Positions 29,954 through 39,888 of a stretch of DNA of 64,000 nucleotides are shown here, in pieces. Origin of the DNA: Candidatus Parcubacteria bacterium. Its GTDB lineage: Bacteria > Patescibacteriota > Saccharimonadia > Saccharimonadales > 2-12-FULL-41-12. The stretch spans positions 21,924 through 85,923 of the forward strand of contig JAHWKM010000001.1 of NCBI GenBank assembly GCA_019347895.1, in the 5' to 3' direction. Position 1 is the first letter of the stretch. Each line of letters starts with the position of its first letter. The position numbers and the translations under genes were made by a program. Below the pieces are notes generated by a model. The model saw only the letters and a program-made list of their open reading frames with translations. It was not told where the DNA came from and ran no database searches.

Positions 29954-30090
29954 GCTTCGGATAATAAATATAGCTTAGATGGCTTAATACCGAGTCCTTA
30001 ACTACCGTTTGTAAATTATCCTACTGTGAGATATAGCAACCGCTAGTAAACTCCTGGACATATATTAATTAATGTAAAAAAGGAGTAAAA

Positions 30091-30390
30091 ATGCGACAAT
30101 CCGAAAGCACTGATAAAGCAGCCTATATTACGCTTGGATTAATGATGGGAGCTGCCGCCGGCGTAGCTGCCGGTTTGCTAACAGCCCCCAGAAGCGGGAA
30201 GGACACGCGAGCTCGTATACGTACCCAAGCCATGGACACCCGTGATCTAGCCACAGAGAAAATGAATAGGTCTCTACAGAAGTCAAAAGATATGGCTAGC
30301 AACATTGCCGAGAAGACGAAAACCCGGGCCAGGCGGGCATCCGATAAAGCTAAAACCGAAGCAGATAATTTTGCGCCCGATGAGGTCTAA
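30091..30390 (+). CDS. YtxH-like (DUF948) small membrane-associated protein.
   Basis: An N-terminal Gly/Ala-rich helix LGLMMGAAAGVAAGLLTAPRSGKDTR is followed by a charged helical tail, the pattern of YtxH family proteins. Confidence 0.6.
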   Translation: MRQSESTDKAAYITLGLMMGAAAGVAAGLLTAPRSGKDTRARIRTQAMDTRDLATEKMNRSLQKSKDMASNIAEKTKTRARRASDKAKTEADNFAPDEV

Positions 30391-30415
30391 ATTGTCCGCC
30401 CTAAGGTGAATAGCC

Positions 30416-30628
30416 ATGGATCTCGAAACTGTATATTATATTATCGCCATTGTTTTTATGGCCCTGATGCTTACCCTAATCTTTCTGCTAGTGGCCGCCG
30501 CGCTCGTAATTAGAGCCAAGATAAATAGACTGCACAGTATGCTGGATGATAAGGCCGGACAAGCCAAGGCTATGGCCGTTAGAGCCATGATCGGTCTCAA
30601 TACCCTAAGATACTTTATTAAAAAGTGA
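30416..30628 (+). CDS. Small single-TM protein (70 aa).
   Basis: ORF with a hydrophobic core IIAIVFMALMLTLIFLLVAAALVI. It follows the ytxH-like gene. Confidence 0.4.
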   Translation: MDLETVYYIIAIVFMALMLTLIFLLVAAALVIRAKINRLHSMLDDKAGQAKAMAVRAMIGLNTLRYFIKK

Positions 30629-30654
30629 TAATTTGTTTACCTTAGCCAGCGAGA

Positions 30655-31050
30655 CTAAGCATTGCGCAGATTAGTTCGTCTTGGCCTATCTATTTTACCT
30701 TTAGGTTGCTCAAATTTTTCAACTACTATGTAATTTTTTGCAGTGCTCACTATATGTTCAATACTTGGCACCTCATGGCCTGGCAGTATAACAAACTGGC
30801 TGCTATTTTTATGAAGAGCTTCGTATTTGCTTGGCTTCATCCGTATTCTTTTCGTACAATTCTCGTCTGAACATTCACAATAAAAATCTACAAGAGGGTT
30901 TGAATCATTTAGAAGCTCTTTTTGCTCTTGCTGCGTAGCAATTTCTCTAAGTTCCTTGAACCCGTCAGAGACTTTTTTATTTGGTTGCCTGAAATACAGC
31001 TGGTTTTCTGCCAGCCGCTGTTTGGTTATTGAATCATTAATAATTTACAC
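30655..31050 (-). pseudogene. Cys-rich ORF with no ATG at its 5' end. It is either a degenerate gene or one using a non-canonical start. Only the 61-aa tail (30655..30840) begins with ATG.
   Basis: The minus-strand frame reads ...RQPNKKVSDGFKELREIATQQEQKELLNDSNPLVDFYCECSDENCTKRIRMKPSKYEALHKN...LRNA*. This open frame of about 130 aa contains a CxC...C motif but has no in-frame ATG upstream of the Cys cluster. Confidence 0.35.
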
Positions 31051-31101
31051 CCATTCAATAACCATAATGGGCCTATATCAAGATTCTCACTGTAATAAAT
31101 T

Positions 31102-31689
31102 TCACATGTTTGCAGCAAAGGCTTCGGCAGGAGAGAGGGCGGGGCTAGAAAAGAAGGAATTATGCTGCTTAATTATTGCCCGCTTAGGCCCGGGGTCCAT
31201 GATGAAATGCAGCGCAGGGTAGGCACAGTAAAGAGAAAATGAGCATTTCTCAGCCAATTCATTCCATAGCTCTTCTAGCTGCGTAACAGCTTCTTTATTT
31301 CCTTGCTTCCAAAGCAGGGCTACCATTTCGCCGTAAGCGCGAATAGGCTTGCCGCTCCGAGTTAATTTCTCAATTTGCGAGCCTAATTTTTCATAAAAAA
31401 GCTCTTTGTCCGGCAGGCCGCCCACCATAAAATTGGCCAAGGTTGCTTCTGCGTCAAGAGCAATAAAATGATTATTTTTAAGTAACTCGGTTTTTTCTAA
31501 GCTTGAAATGAGCATCTCCGTGTGTTCCTGGGTAGCGATAACGATGCAAATTTCGTTGGTTTCCAAGCCCTCGCCAACGTATGAAGCAAGACTCTCAATC
31601 AAAAAATTTTTATTAGGATAAAAACCAACAAAGTGCTGAAGTTTTGCAGGGGGTACTTGACTATTTTGACTTTGGGTTTTTTTACTCAC
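31102..31689 (-). CDS. MEDS-domain protein (a putative sensory/regulatory domain of the DcmR family).
   Basis: HFVGFYPNKNFLIESLASYVGEGLETNEICIVIAT fits the MEDS Hx(V/I)xFY ... GE.C(I/V)(I/V)A pattern. 195 aa. Confidence 0.5.
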   Translation of the reverse strand: MSKKTQSQNSQVPPAKLQHFVGFYPNKNFLIESLASYVGEGLETNEICIVIATQEHTEMLISSLEKTELLKNNHFIALDAEATLANFMVGGLPDKELFYEKLGSQIEKLTRSGKPIRAYGEMVALLWKQGNKEAVTQLEELWNELAEKCSFSLYCAYPALHFIMDPGPKRAIIKQHNSFFSSPALSPAEAFAANM

Positions 31690-31767
31690 GAATTCAATAG
31701 TATCAAAGAAACCAATTGATTCTGTAAGATTTCTTGCATAATTTAGATTCTAGTTATGGCAGGCGTG

Positions 31768-32745
31768 CTAGCCGCGGTAGACCAAAAAGGTTAGGTAGGC
31801 GATGTATAAAACTACAAAGACAGCGCCTTCCCAGCGGATAAGACGGCGCTTGCCGGCCATGTGCATAAAGATAAAGAGCAAGGCCATAGAACCGACCGAA
31901 ACCAGCACGTCAAAATTAATATCACTAGTGAAAGGCAGCGGAGTAATTACACTGGTAAGGCCGAGTACCCAAAAAACATTAAAAATTATCGAGCCTATAA
32001 TGTTGCCGACCGCAATATCAGAACGCCCTTTTAAGGCCGCAACAATTGATGTCGCCAATTCGGGCAGGGACGTACCGATTGCCACTATGGTGAGGCCAAT
32101 CAATGCTTCGGACAGCCCGGCCGCCGCAGCTATATCAATAGCGCCGTTTACCAATAAGCGGCCGCCGATTACAAGAGCAATTAAACCGCCTACGGTTAAT
32201 CCGGTTGAAGCCAGGTAGGGATAGATCTTAATCTGCTCATCGTCTTGGTTTTTAGCATCGCTGTGGCTGCGTTCGGACTTGGCCATGCCAAAAATATAGT
32301 AGAGAAATATGGCCATCAAGGCCATAAGAGCGATGCCGTCTGTGCGGGTCAGCGCATTGAAGCCGACGCCGTCAAATAAAGCGTCATTACCCATGACAAA
32401 TAACAGCGTAACGCCCAGCAGGGCAAGGGGAATCTCTTTCCAAACAGTCGAGCTTTTGACTTTTAGAGTTCTTATCAGTGCCGTTATGCCCAAAATAAGC
32501 AGAACATTGGCAGTGTTGCTGCCAACGATGTTACCGATAGCCAAATCCGGCGAGTTATTAAGCGCGGACAATACGTTAACCGTCAGTTCAGGCGCCGAAG
32601 TACCAAAAGCTACTACTGTCAGCCCGATAACTAAGGGCGAAACCTTCAGCTTAGCGGCCAGCGACGAAGCGCCGCGCACCAAACCTTCAGCCCCTCCTAT
32701 CAAAATAATCAATCCGGCTGCGATAGCCAGTATGCTCAATACCAT
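31768..32745 (-). CDS. Ca2+/cation antiporter (CaCA family, YrbG-like Na+/Ca2+ exchanger).
   Basis: Two internal repeats each carry the GTS(A/L)PEL alpha-repeat motif (VAFGTSAPEL and AIGTSLPEL). 325 aa, about 10 TM. Confidence 0.8.
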   Translation of the reverse strand: MVLSILAIAAGLIILIGGAEGLVRGASSLAAKLKVSPLVIGLTVVAFGTSAPELTVNVLSALNNSPDLAIGNIVGSNTANVLLILGITALIRTLKVKSSTVWKEIPLALLGVTLLFVMGNDALFDGVGFNALTRTDGIALMALMAIFLYYIFGMAKSERSHSDAKNQDDEQIKIYPYLASTGLTVGGLIALVIGGRLLVNGAIDIAAAAGLSEALIGLTIVAIGTSLPELATSIVAALKGRSDIAVGNIIGSIIFNVFWVLGLTSVITPLPFTSDINFDVLVSVGSMALLFIFMHMAGKRRLIRWEGAVFVVLYIAYLTFLVYRG

Positions 32746-32803
32746 TAATTAATCATATCAAATAAAGACGCCAGCAGATCACTGGCAAATAGAGGTTTTG
32801 AGC

Positions 32804-33052
32804 CTACTTAACCTTGATGTTTTTGCGGGTCATTAAGCGCAAGTTGGCGATGTAGTGCTGGGGATTGGTTGAAGGGTGAGTTCGCAGATAACGTTTATGT
32901 TTTTCAACGAATGAAATTTTATTATCCGGATATAGCTCTCCATTAGCGCTATAGCTGGACTTGGTATGATACCCTTCATCTGTTGCCATTTGCAGAAGGA
33001 CGCGCTCTATATCAGCGCCATCCTCAGTTTCGAAAAAGTCTTGTTTAGCCAC
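32804..33052 (-). CDS. Hypothetical protein (82 aa).
   Basis: ORF only. Confidence 0.3.
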   Translation of the reverse strand: MAKQDFFETEDGADIERVLLQMATDEGYHTKSSYSANGELYPDNKISFVEKHKRYLRTHPSTNPQHYIANLRLMTRKNIKVK

Positions 33053-33097
33053 GTTAATTCCTTTGTAAACAATTATACACTACAGAGGCGGGAATTA

Positions 33098-34306
33098 CTA
33101 ATCAGTTATGAAAGTAAGCGCGTGGCCTATGCGCCCGGCCCGCCCGGCCCGGCCGATACGGTGGATGTAATCATCGTATCCTTTGGGCAGCGAGAAGTTG
33201 ATAACGTGCGTGATATCTACTACGTCAATACCGCGGGCTGCTACATCGGTAGCGACCAAGATAGTGACCTCGCTTTTCTTGAATCTGGACAATGCGCGTT
33301 CGCGGTGGCCCTGAGTTTTGCCGCCGTGTATGGCACCGGCAGAAAAACCGCGCTGTAGCAGCTCGTTGCTCAGGCGCTCCACGTTTCTTTGGGTTTCGTC
33401 AAAAACGATTACCTTTTCCACTTCTTCTTTCAGCAGTATATTATGCAGCTTTTCCATTCTGTCTGAATTGCCGGCGTAGCGGACTACGTTTTGGTGGACA
33501 TTTTCGCTGCCGCCGCTGGATTTTAGCGTGACGGTAAACGGGTCCTTGGTGAACCGGCTGATAAGATTTCGGATTTTCACGTCCATGGTGGCTGAGAAGA
33601 AAAACGACTGGCGGTTTTCGCTCAGCTCATCCAATATAGTCGTCACGTCATGTATGAAGCCCATGTCCAGCATGCGGTCTACCTCGTCTAATACTACAAG
33701 GTTGAATTTTTGCAGTTTTAAGGTACCGCGCTCAATATGGTCTTTGGTCCGGCCGGGCGTACCGATGACTATGCGCGGATTATACTTGAGGTCGCGCAAC
33801 TGGGTTCCCATGCTTGAACCGCCGATCAAAAGCGCGCCGGAAAGGCCGCTGCCCTTGCCCAGTTCACGGCATTCCTGCTCGATTTGCTGGGCTAACTCCC
33901 GGGTAGGGGCGATTATAAGAGCCGCCGAAGTATTGTCAGTGGTCAGCTTTTGAATAATTGGCACGGCGAAGGCCGCGGTTTTGCCGGTGCCGGTGCTGGC
34001 TATGCCGATTACATCTTGGCCCTTAAGCGCTGCCGGAATAGCCTGGTCTTGGATGGGCGAAGGAATTTCATAGCCTTTGGTCGCCAGGTTATCCTTCAGC
34101 CCTTGGCTGATCGCGAAGTCCGTGAAGCTGTGCCTGGGAACGTATTCCTCAGCCAACGTGAGATTAGCCGTTTTTACAAACCGGGCAGGGTCAATATATT
34201 GACCCATAGGCCGGCGGCTGCCTCTGGATTGATTATTCCGGCGGCCGTTGGTTGAAAAGCGCTTTGAAGCGCCAAATTTATTATTAGAACGAAATGTATA
34301 TGACAT
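33098..34306 (-). CDS. DEAD-box ATP-dependent RNA helicase.
   Basis: The Q-motif region is followed by motif I ASTGTGKTAAF, Ia PTRELAQQ, II VLDEVD, III SAT, V ATDVAARGID and VI HRIGRAGRAG. A basic N-terminal extension is present. Confidence 0.9.
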   Translation of the reverse strand: MSYTFRSNNKFGASKRFSTNGRRNNQSRGSRRPMGQYIDPARFVKTANLTLAEEYVPRHSFTDFAISQGLKDNLATKGYEIPSPIQDQAIPAALKGQDVIGIASTGTGKTAAFAVPIIQKLTTDNTSAALIIAPTRELAQQIEQECRELGKGSGLSGALLIGGSSMGTQLRDLKYNPRIVIGTPGRTKDHIERGTLKLQKFNLVVLDEVDRMLDMGFIHDVTTILDELSENRQSFFFSATMDVKIRNLISRFTKDPFTVTLKSSGGSENVHQNVVRYAGNSDRMEKLHNILLKEEVEKVIVFDETQRNVERLSNELLQRGFSAGAIHGGKTQGHRERALSRFKKSEVTILVATDVAARGIDVVDITHVINFSLPKGYDDYIHRIGRAGRAGRIGHALTFITD

Positions 34307-34455
34307 TAAAAAATGATCTCCGTGTTGTTTATAGTTATTACTTATTGTCTTTTAGAATGACACCTAAGTAACTTGACCTATAAACCCGGGATCATTGAAA
34401 ACAATTAACTTAATATTAGCATAAAAGAATTTTGCCGTCAAACTTTATTATAATG

Positions 34456-34953
34456 TCAGGTTCTGCTTACGGTATAATTTTGCTCGACTGTGGTTGCCGC
34501 GACTTCGTCCAGCTGCTCCAACAGCCAATCCGCCATCTCTTCTTCCTGGGCGGCGATGCGTTCGCATACTTCCGATATGGTTTTTTCATCGCAGGCCTCG
34601 GCTCCCGCTGCCAGCGCGCTGTAAGCAGCATGTTCGAAATGCTCGCCGGCATGCAGCATAAGCATATTTTTTACGGCTTCGTCCTTATATAGGCCGGTAC
34701 TAATGCCTTCTAAAGCGCCCATAGCCTGAGAAAACCCTGATTTTACGGCGGAAGTTTTTTCGCCCAGGCTTTCGAGACAGCTTTCCACGTCTTCAATTTG
34801 CAGCCTGGTATCCTTCAGGTGCTGGTTCAGCCCGCTTTGAATTTCCGGAAACTCGTCAAAATCTTTAATAAACCGTTCCAGCATTTTTATTTGGGCTTGT
34901 TCCATCGCATAAGCGTCGTTTAACCAAGAAATAAGTAAATTCGTTTTTGCCAT
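34456..34953 (-). CDS. Ferritin-like DUF892 (YciE/YciF family) stress protein.
   Basis: LISWLNDAYAMEQAQIKMLERF matches the DUF892 N-terminal signature. The protein is helical, acidic and 165 aa. Confidence 0.6.
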   Translation of the reverse strand: MAKTNLLISWLNDAYAMEQAQIKMLERFIKDFDEFPEIQSGLNQHLKDTRLQIEDVESCLESLGEKTSAVKSGFSQAMGALEGISTGLYKDEAVKNMLMLHAGEHFEHAAYSALAAGAEACDEKTISEVCERIAAQEEEMADWLLEQLDEVAATTVEQNYTVSRT

Positions 34954-35022
34954 TTTGCTGCCTCCTTTGTTAAGTATGCATCTACTTTATCTCGCCGGAC
35001 GGCAGGCCCGCTGTAAGCATTC

Positions 35023-35595
35023 TCACAATTCCTGGCGGGCGGTTTTCATGTGTTTTGCCCAAAATATCAGGCTGGAAAGCTGTTTTTCAAGCTTAGATTC
35101 TTGCCGATCACTAAATTGGTATTCGCCTTTTTCGTCCCTATTGTCCCAGTAGTTCGGTATAAGCATTTGTTCCCTTATATCAAACATATAAAGTTCGCCG
35201 GCAATTCCGCGCAAATGCTCGGTTACCCTGGCGCCTCCGGCCAACGAGCCGTAGCTGACAATAGTCACCGGCTTGTAATTCCACTCGGCAAACAAAAAGT
35301 CCAGGGCGTTTTTAAGAGCCGCCGAAACCGAATGGTTGTATTCAGGGGTAACGAATACAAAGCCGTCGGCGCCCCCGATAATCGAGGCCCATTTTTTAGT
35401 GTGTTCGTTTTGATATTTTCCCTTCGAGGGCGGTATTGGCTCATCCAAAAACGGCAAGTTTATCTCGGCTAAATCAAGCAGCTCTACATTGGCGGATTCT
35501 TTATGTTTCTTGGCTTGTTCGACTACCCAGTTCGCAACCTGTATGTTGAATCTGCCAGGCCGGGTTGATCCGGCTATAACCTTAATATTTACCAT
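35023..35595 (-). CDS. NAD(P)H-dependent FMN reductase family oxidoreductase.
   Basis: IKVIAGSTRPGRFN...ADGFVFVTPEYNHSVSAALKNALDFL is the flavodoxin-like FMN_red signature. Confidence 0.75.
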   Translation of the reverse strand: MVNIKVIAGSTRPGRFNIQVANWVVEQAKKHKESANVELLDLAEINLPFLDEPIPPSKGKYQNEHTKKWASIIGGADGFVFVTPEYNHSVSAALKNALDFLFAEWNYKPVTIVSYGSLAGGARVTEHLRGIAGELYMFDIREQMLIPNYWDNRDEKGEYQFSDRQESKLEKQLSSLIFWAKHMKTARQEL

Positions 35596-35603
35596 TAATC
35601 TCC

Positions 35604-36539
35604 TTAATTTTTGGTTATTATGACTTTGCCTTTGGGATGTTTTTCTTCGGCATACTTAAATCCTTCGGCGGTTTTATCAAGAGGGAATTGCTTGTCGATC
35701 TGCGCCTTTATAATCCCGCTGTCCGCTAGTTTGGCCAAATGTTTTAACGTAGCCGTGTTGGTCTGGCTTTGCTGTCCGACAGCTCTGACTCTGTATTTTG
35801 ACATTAACTCATCATCAGGCTGCTCAGTCATGGATACGATAATACCGCCTTCCCCCAGCACCTTAAATGAATTTTTATACACCTCGCCCCCTACAGTGTC
35901 GAAAACCGCGTCGTATCCTTTTAATTTTTCTGTAAAATCTTCTTTCTCATAATTTATCACTTCATCGGCACCAAGGCGGCGAACAAATTCCACATCCGCT
36001 TCTCTGGCTGTGGCCGCCACGTAAGCTCCCAAGAATTTGGCATATTGAACGGCTATGGAGCCAATTCCTCCGGCTCCACCTTGAATCAATATTTTTTGCC
36101 CGTTCGCTAATCCGATATGCCCGTCTAGGGCCTGCACTGCGCTGACCCCGACCAGCACCAAGGCCGCCGCTTCTTCAAAGCTGACGCTTTTTGGCTTTTT
36201 AGCAATGCTGGCGGTATTGGCCGCGGCAAACTCGGCAATAGCTCCGGAACCTCCTCCCAAAATGATTGCCGAGCCGTACACTTCATCGCCTGGCTTGTAT
36301 TCATTTACGCCGGCTCCCATGCCGCTAACCACTCCGGAAAAGTCAGCGCCGATCGTCACGGGGAACTGTAGCGAGATCGCGTCTTTCATGTAGCCGCGCC
36401 GAAGTTTCCAGTCAAAAGGATTTATGGCTGCCGCCCGAATCTCCACCAGGACCTGCCCGTCTTTCGGTACCGGTCTGCCCACTTCTTGTATGGCGATTAC
36501 GCCAGCGTCGCCGTATTCGCTATATTGGGCTGCCTTCAC
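35604..36539 (-). CDS. qor: Zinc-independent medium-chain dehydrogenase/reductase, NADPH:quinone oxidoreductase-like.
   Basis: MKAAQYSEYGD...VLVEIRAAAINPFDWKLRRG is the quinone oxidoreductase N-terminus. GGAGGIGSIAVQYAK is the NAD(P)-binding glycine motif. Confidence 0.75.
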   Translation of the reverse strand: MKAAQYSEYGDAGVIAIQEVGRPVPKDGQVLVEIRAAAINPFDWKLRRGYMKDAISLQFPVTIGADFSGVVSGMGAGVNEYKPGDEVYGSAIILGGGSGAIAEFAAANTASIAKKPKSVSFEEAAALVLVGVSAVQALDGHIGLANGQKILIQGGAGGIGSIAVQYAKFLGAYVAATAREADVEFVRRLGADEVINYEKEDFTEKLKGYDAVFDTVGGEVYKNSFKVLGEGGIIVSMTEQPDDELMSKYRVRAVGQQSQTNTATLKHLAKLADSGIIKAQIDKQFPLDKTAEGFKYAEEKHPKGKVIITKN

Positions 36540-36574
36540 GGTAGCTCCTTAATTTTAAATGTTTTTTGATGTCT

Positions 36575-36787
36575 CTAACGCCTGCTCAACAAATAAATAA
36601 TAGCAGTTAGGGCGATGGATAGGAGTATAGAAGTAACAATAGGGAAGAAAAAGGTCATGTTGCCTTTCCGTATCACGATATCGCCCGGCAGTTTGCCGAT
36701 CGCTAACAAGATAATACCAAAAAGCACTAAAACCACGCCGCTTATGATAACTATGCCCGCCAGCATCTTCGATTCATTCATAATCAC
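36575..36787 (-). CDS. DUF2905 small membrane protein.
   Basis: 70 aa with two TM helices and GKLPGDIVIRKGN, the conserved DUF2905 core. Confidence 0.55.
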   Translation of the reverse strand: MIMNESKMLAGIVIISGVVLVLFGIILLAIGKLPGDIVIRKGNMTFFFPIVTSILLSIALTAIIYLLSRR

Positions 36788-36995
36788 ATTATGCGGCGAT
36801 TATATGCCCCCTAATATGGCTTTTTTTACAAAAACCTTAAAAGCGAAGCTAGTATTGGTTCATTTAGGTAATTTATGATTAAATAGTGTTAATGAATATG
36901 AATGTCCTTAAACCTGGGTTGAGAGTTGGTGAAGAAGTAGCAAAAAGGTTGTTAACGCTTCGCAAGCGGCGGGTGAAATACTTATACGCGGTAGC

Positions 36996-37196
36996 TTGTC
37001 TGATGGCGGCCAAAAAACATCAGAGACAGGTGACTTAACTCCAAAAAAGTTTTTATTGCCCGGTGCAGATCTAGTTGATCTTACGCTAGGTAATGCGGCG
37101 GTGGTTTCATCAAACGAAGGTCCTAATCCCGGATATATTACAATAGCAGGCGATTTAGATCCAAATAACCCCACTCAAATCACCCTTTTAGGCTAA
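36996..37196 (+). CDS. Doubtful small ORF with a TTG start.
   Basis: 66-aa ORF with no ATG, in an otherwise gene-poor 500-bp stretch. An equally weak antisense ORF overlaps it. Confidence 0.15.
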   Translation: MSDGGQKTSETGDLTPKKFLLPGADLVDLTLGNAAVVSSNEGPNPGYITIAGDLDPNNPTQITLLG

Positions 37197-37317
37197 TAAA
37201 CTGGGTATTTGCCGTACAATATAATCCCGCTTACAAGTAAGATGAACGAATTTCAGGCACGGAAATAGTCGCGGTAATTAGCAATCGCTCAGGAACAATA
37301 GATCTGGACAAGTAACT

Positions 37318-37797
37318 TTAGGCCGCCTGTAGTTCCGCGGAAACTAATCTCAAGACCGGCCTTGTCTCTGAAGCAGCCGCTTCTCTCATTGCTCGCATTC
37401 TTTCCCTAAATCTTAAATAATCTTCCGGATAGTCGAGCCTATAGTCTGGCCCTACAGGAACAGGTCTTCTATCGAAAGGATCGCTTAGTCTTTCATGAGG
37501 GTCTAGATAGCTAAATAAATCGGCGCCTTCTTCATCGTCAGGTGATTTCATAAATTTTCTCAAGCTTGCTCTCAGGGTGTCTATTGCATCATGTGGGTTT
37601 TGAGGGAAATATTCTATCGTGGGGGCTGATTTATCCGTATATTTTGTAAGTATACCGATAAAACCATCAACATTTGCAAAAAATGTCCGGCTAATTTCTT
37701 CTCGTGGTCTATCTGGGTCGGTAAGTTCTACTGCCCATGACCAAAGCGTCGTCGGTTCCTTCACAGGGTTATTGACATCCTCTCCGTTTATGGACAA
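37318..37797 (-). CDS. Hypothetical protein (159 aa).
   Basis: ORF only. Charged, with no TM helix. Confidence 0.35.
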   Translation of the reverse strand: MSINGEDVNNPVKEPTTLWSWAVELTDPDRPREEISRTFFANVDGFIGILTKYTDKSAPTIEYFPQNPHDAIDTLRASLRKFMKSPDDEEGADLFSYLDPHERLSDPFDRRPVPVGPDYRLDYPEDYLRFRERMRAMREAAASETRPVLRLVSAELQAA

Positions 37798-37823
37798 ATT
37801 AGGGCATTCATCAAGCCTTGGCT

Positions 37824-38261
37824 CTAAAACTTCGCCTTCCCGGCGGCATAAATGCTTACGGATGCCATTGGCCGCCTTTCTCCTAGACTTCTAGCACCTA
37901 TAGATCTTTCAATTGCGTTCCTGCCTTCATTTTTACTCAGCCATAGTCCGTTAAACGGCTCAAGCTTTCCTCCTACGGTAGCTAAATCAATCTCATTATT
38001 AGTCAAGAATCCCATCACTTTTGCTGCATTTTGCTGCAGCTCTCTTACTTGCTTCTCTTTTGCTTGTTCTGAAGCCCTTAAATCAATACCATTATTAGTC
38101 AAAGGCTGCTTTTTTGCTTCAGCTGCAGCCTTCAAATCAGCATCATTATTAGTCAAAGCTATCTCTTCTGTTTGCAACTCTCCGTCAGGAATGCCTAATT
38201 CACTTAAGCTCTCTGGGGATGATCCAGGAAAATGAACTAAGTTTCGTTCTTGGAAAGCCAT
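37824..38261 (-). CDS. Hypothetical protein with three tandem repeats of about 20 aa (LTNN[DGE][AI]DL...).
   Basis: IALTNNDADLKAAAEAKKQP, LTNNGIDLRASEQAKEKQ and LTNNEIDLATVGGK. The nucleotide-level repeat is visible at about 37985..38170. Confidence 0.4.
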   Translation of the reverse strand: MAFQERNLVHFPGSSPESLSELGIPDGELQTEEIALTNNDADLKAAAEAKKQPLTNNGIDLRASEQAKEKQVRELQQNAAKVMGFLTNNEIDLATVGGKLEPFNGLWLSKNEGRNAIERSIGARSLGERRPMASVSIYAAGKAKF

Positions 38262-38550
38262 TTTTATTTATTTAATTTTCTTGGGCACCTGCCGCTTATT
38301 TTCTATTTTCACCCTTAATTATTTCTTAGTATCTGCCATGATTATACTTATGTCAATCGTTTATTTTATGGTTGTAAAATGTTAGAGTTTATCATTTTTT
38401 GTCAGCATATTATTAGGACCCTCACAGAGGAGAGTAAGCTAGATTTCGCGAAGATAACGAAAGTTATAAAGCGCTTAGTTTTTGATTCTGAACTGCCCTC
38501 TTTGATCTTCTTTTTAGATATACCGTGTAACCTTATGCAGGCTGCTTAAT

Positions 38551-38742
38551 TTATTTTTGCCAGGCTTTTTCGGTTTTATTCATAAAGTGATCGAATGCGG
38601 TTTCCAAACCGTTAATGGCCTCGGCGCTGGTTTCACAGAGAGCGGCGCACTGCGGATCATCCACAATATCTGCGTGCGAGCTTAGTTCCTCCTGCAATTC
38701 CACTAGCTTTCTATGCAGTTCTATTACTTTTTTGTCCACCAT
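38551..38742 (-). CDS. Small hypothetical protein (63 aa).
   Basis: ORF only. It is on the same strand as the adjacent 54-aa ORF and 60 nt from it. Confidence 0.35.
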   Translation of the reverse strand: MVDKKVIELHRKLVELQEELSSHADIVDDPQCAALCETSAEAINGLETAFDHFMNKTEKAWQK

Positions 38743-38802
38743 AATTTTCTCCTCTACTTAGTTGCAATTACTAATATCCATCCATTAGCGGTTCATGCTT
38801 GG

Positions 38803-38967
38803 CTAGCTATTATCATTCTTTTCAGGCACGTCTTTGCCTTTTTGCCTGGCCTTGCTAAGACCTACGGCCACGGCTTGTTGTTTGTTTTTGAACTTGCCTT
38901 TGTGCTTGTGCTCATGCATGGTTTGCTCTACGTCTTCGCTGGCTTTGGGATCATATTTTCTTGTCAT
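38803..38967 (-). CDS. Small basic conserved-looking protein (54 aa, MTRKYDPKASEDVEQTMHEHKHKGKFKNKQQAVAVGLSKARQKGKDVPEKNDNS). It is absent from the ORF track because it is under 60 aa.
   Basis: The minus-strand ATG is at 38965..38967 and the stop at 38803..38805. The lysine-rich 'KGKFKNKQQAVAIGLSKARKKG'-type sequence resembles a widespread family of small bacterial proteins. The overlapping plus-strand ORF 38713..39003 is probably spurious. Confidence 0.45.
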   Translation of the reverse strand: MTRKYDPKASEDVEQTMHEHKHKGKFKNKQQAVAVGLSKARQKGKDVPEKNDNS

Positions 38968-39075
38968 AAAAATCCTTTCATTAACACGATTAACAATAGT
39001 TGAATAAGGGATTAAGATCAGTTAGCTTTCTTACAAATTACTTACAGGTAGTGAAATGCCAGGCATTGTAGCGGA

Positions 39076-39495
39076 TTATTTTCTATTTTTTCTCATAATG
39101 CGGACAGCGCTGAGCTGCGAAACGGCAAGGGTGGCGTATAGCACTGTAGCTGCGAATGGTCCGGCTACCCAGGCAGCTGTTTTATCCAGCCATGACGCGA
39201 TAGCAAAAACCGCGGACACCGACACCGTTACCGATAAGATATTCAAGGAATTACCGAGCTGGACTACTTTTTCAGTCTCTTCTTCTTCCCCTCTGAGCAC
39301 AAAGTTGCCAATAAGCTCCAGGATTGAAAATCCCACTGCGGCACTAAGGCTTCCTAGAATTACTTCCATTCCGGACGGCGAACCGGCAGTAGATGCAAGA
39401 GTCGCGGCGCTACCGGTGATAGTTATTGTATAGCCAAACGCCGGGCCATTATCGAATATGGTCCTTTTTATGCTTCTTAAGTATTCACGCGTCAT
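39076..39495 (-). CDS. Hypothetical membrane protein (139 aa, about 3 TM).
   Basis: ORF with hydrophobic Ala/Ser/Gly-rich segments. Confidence 0.4.
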   Translation of the reverse strand: MTREYLRSIKRTIFDNGPAFGYTITITGSAATLASTAGSPSGMEVILGSLSAAVGFSILELIGNFVLRGEEEETEKVVQLGNSLNILSVTVSVSAVFAIASWLDKTAAWVAGPFAATVLYATLAVSQLSAVRIMRKNRK

Positions 39496-39621
39496 AGTTG
39501 GCGCTTAGTATGCCCGCAAAACGGCTGGTTTGTATGTTAATTTTTTAACAACCGTATTCCTCGGCAAATCCGTCTTCTATTAAAAAATTAACAGATTTTT
39601 AATTTTGCCTGTTTATTATTA

Positions 39622-39888
39622 ATGAGTATGGGTGAAGAAAAAAATTTTGAACTGCCAGCGCCTATGTATGCTACCGCTCCGCTGGAAGACTCTGATCCAC
39701 CGGAAGACTCTGGAGCCGCGCCTAATCCATTTGGTGTTCGTGCAGAAGGAGAACCTCCAGCCGCTCCACCGGAAATCCATCCCCTGCCAGGCCACGATGG
39801 CGAGGCAGGAGATGTGTATGTGACTGCTGTTGACTACCCGCTTGGACCCGAAGACGAGTCTAGTCAAGGTTCCGGCTCCACCGGTTAG
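39622..39888 (+). CDS. Hypothetical acidic Pro-rich protein (88 aa). The strand assignment is uncertain.
   Basis: A competing antisense ORF exists at 39619..39894. The plus-strand product is an acidic, Pro-rich, low-complexity sequence. Confidence 0.25.
   Translation: MSMGEEKNFELPAPMYATAPLEDSDPPEDSGAAPNPFGVRAEGEPPAAPPEIHPLPGHDGEAGDVYVTAVDYPLGPEDESSQGSGSTG

Noticed and set aside
33292-34255. Several plus-strand ORFs (79-141 aa) overlapping the DEAD-box helicase.
   Set aside because: They are antisense to a helicase gene with all canonical motifs in order.
38713-39003. 96-aa plus-strand ORF.
   Set aside because: It overlaps the better-supported minus-strand 54-aa basic protein ORF (38803..38967) and has no start context.
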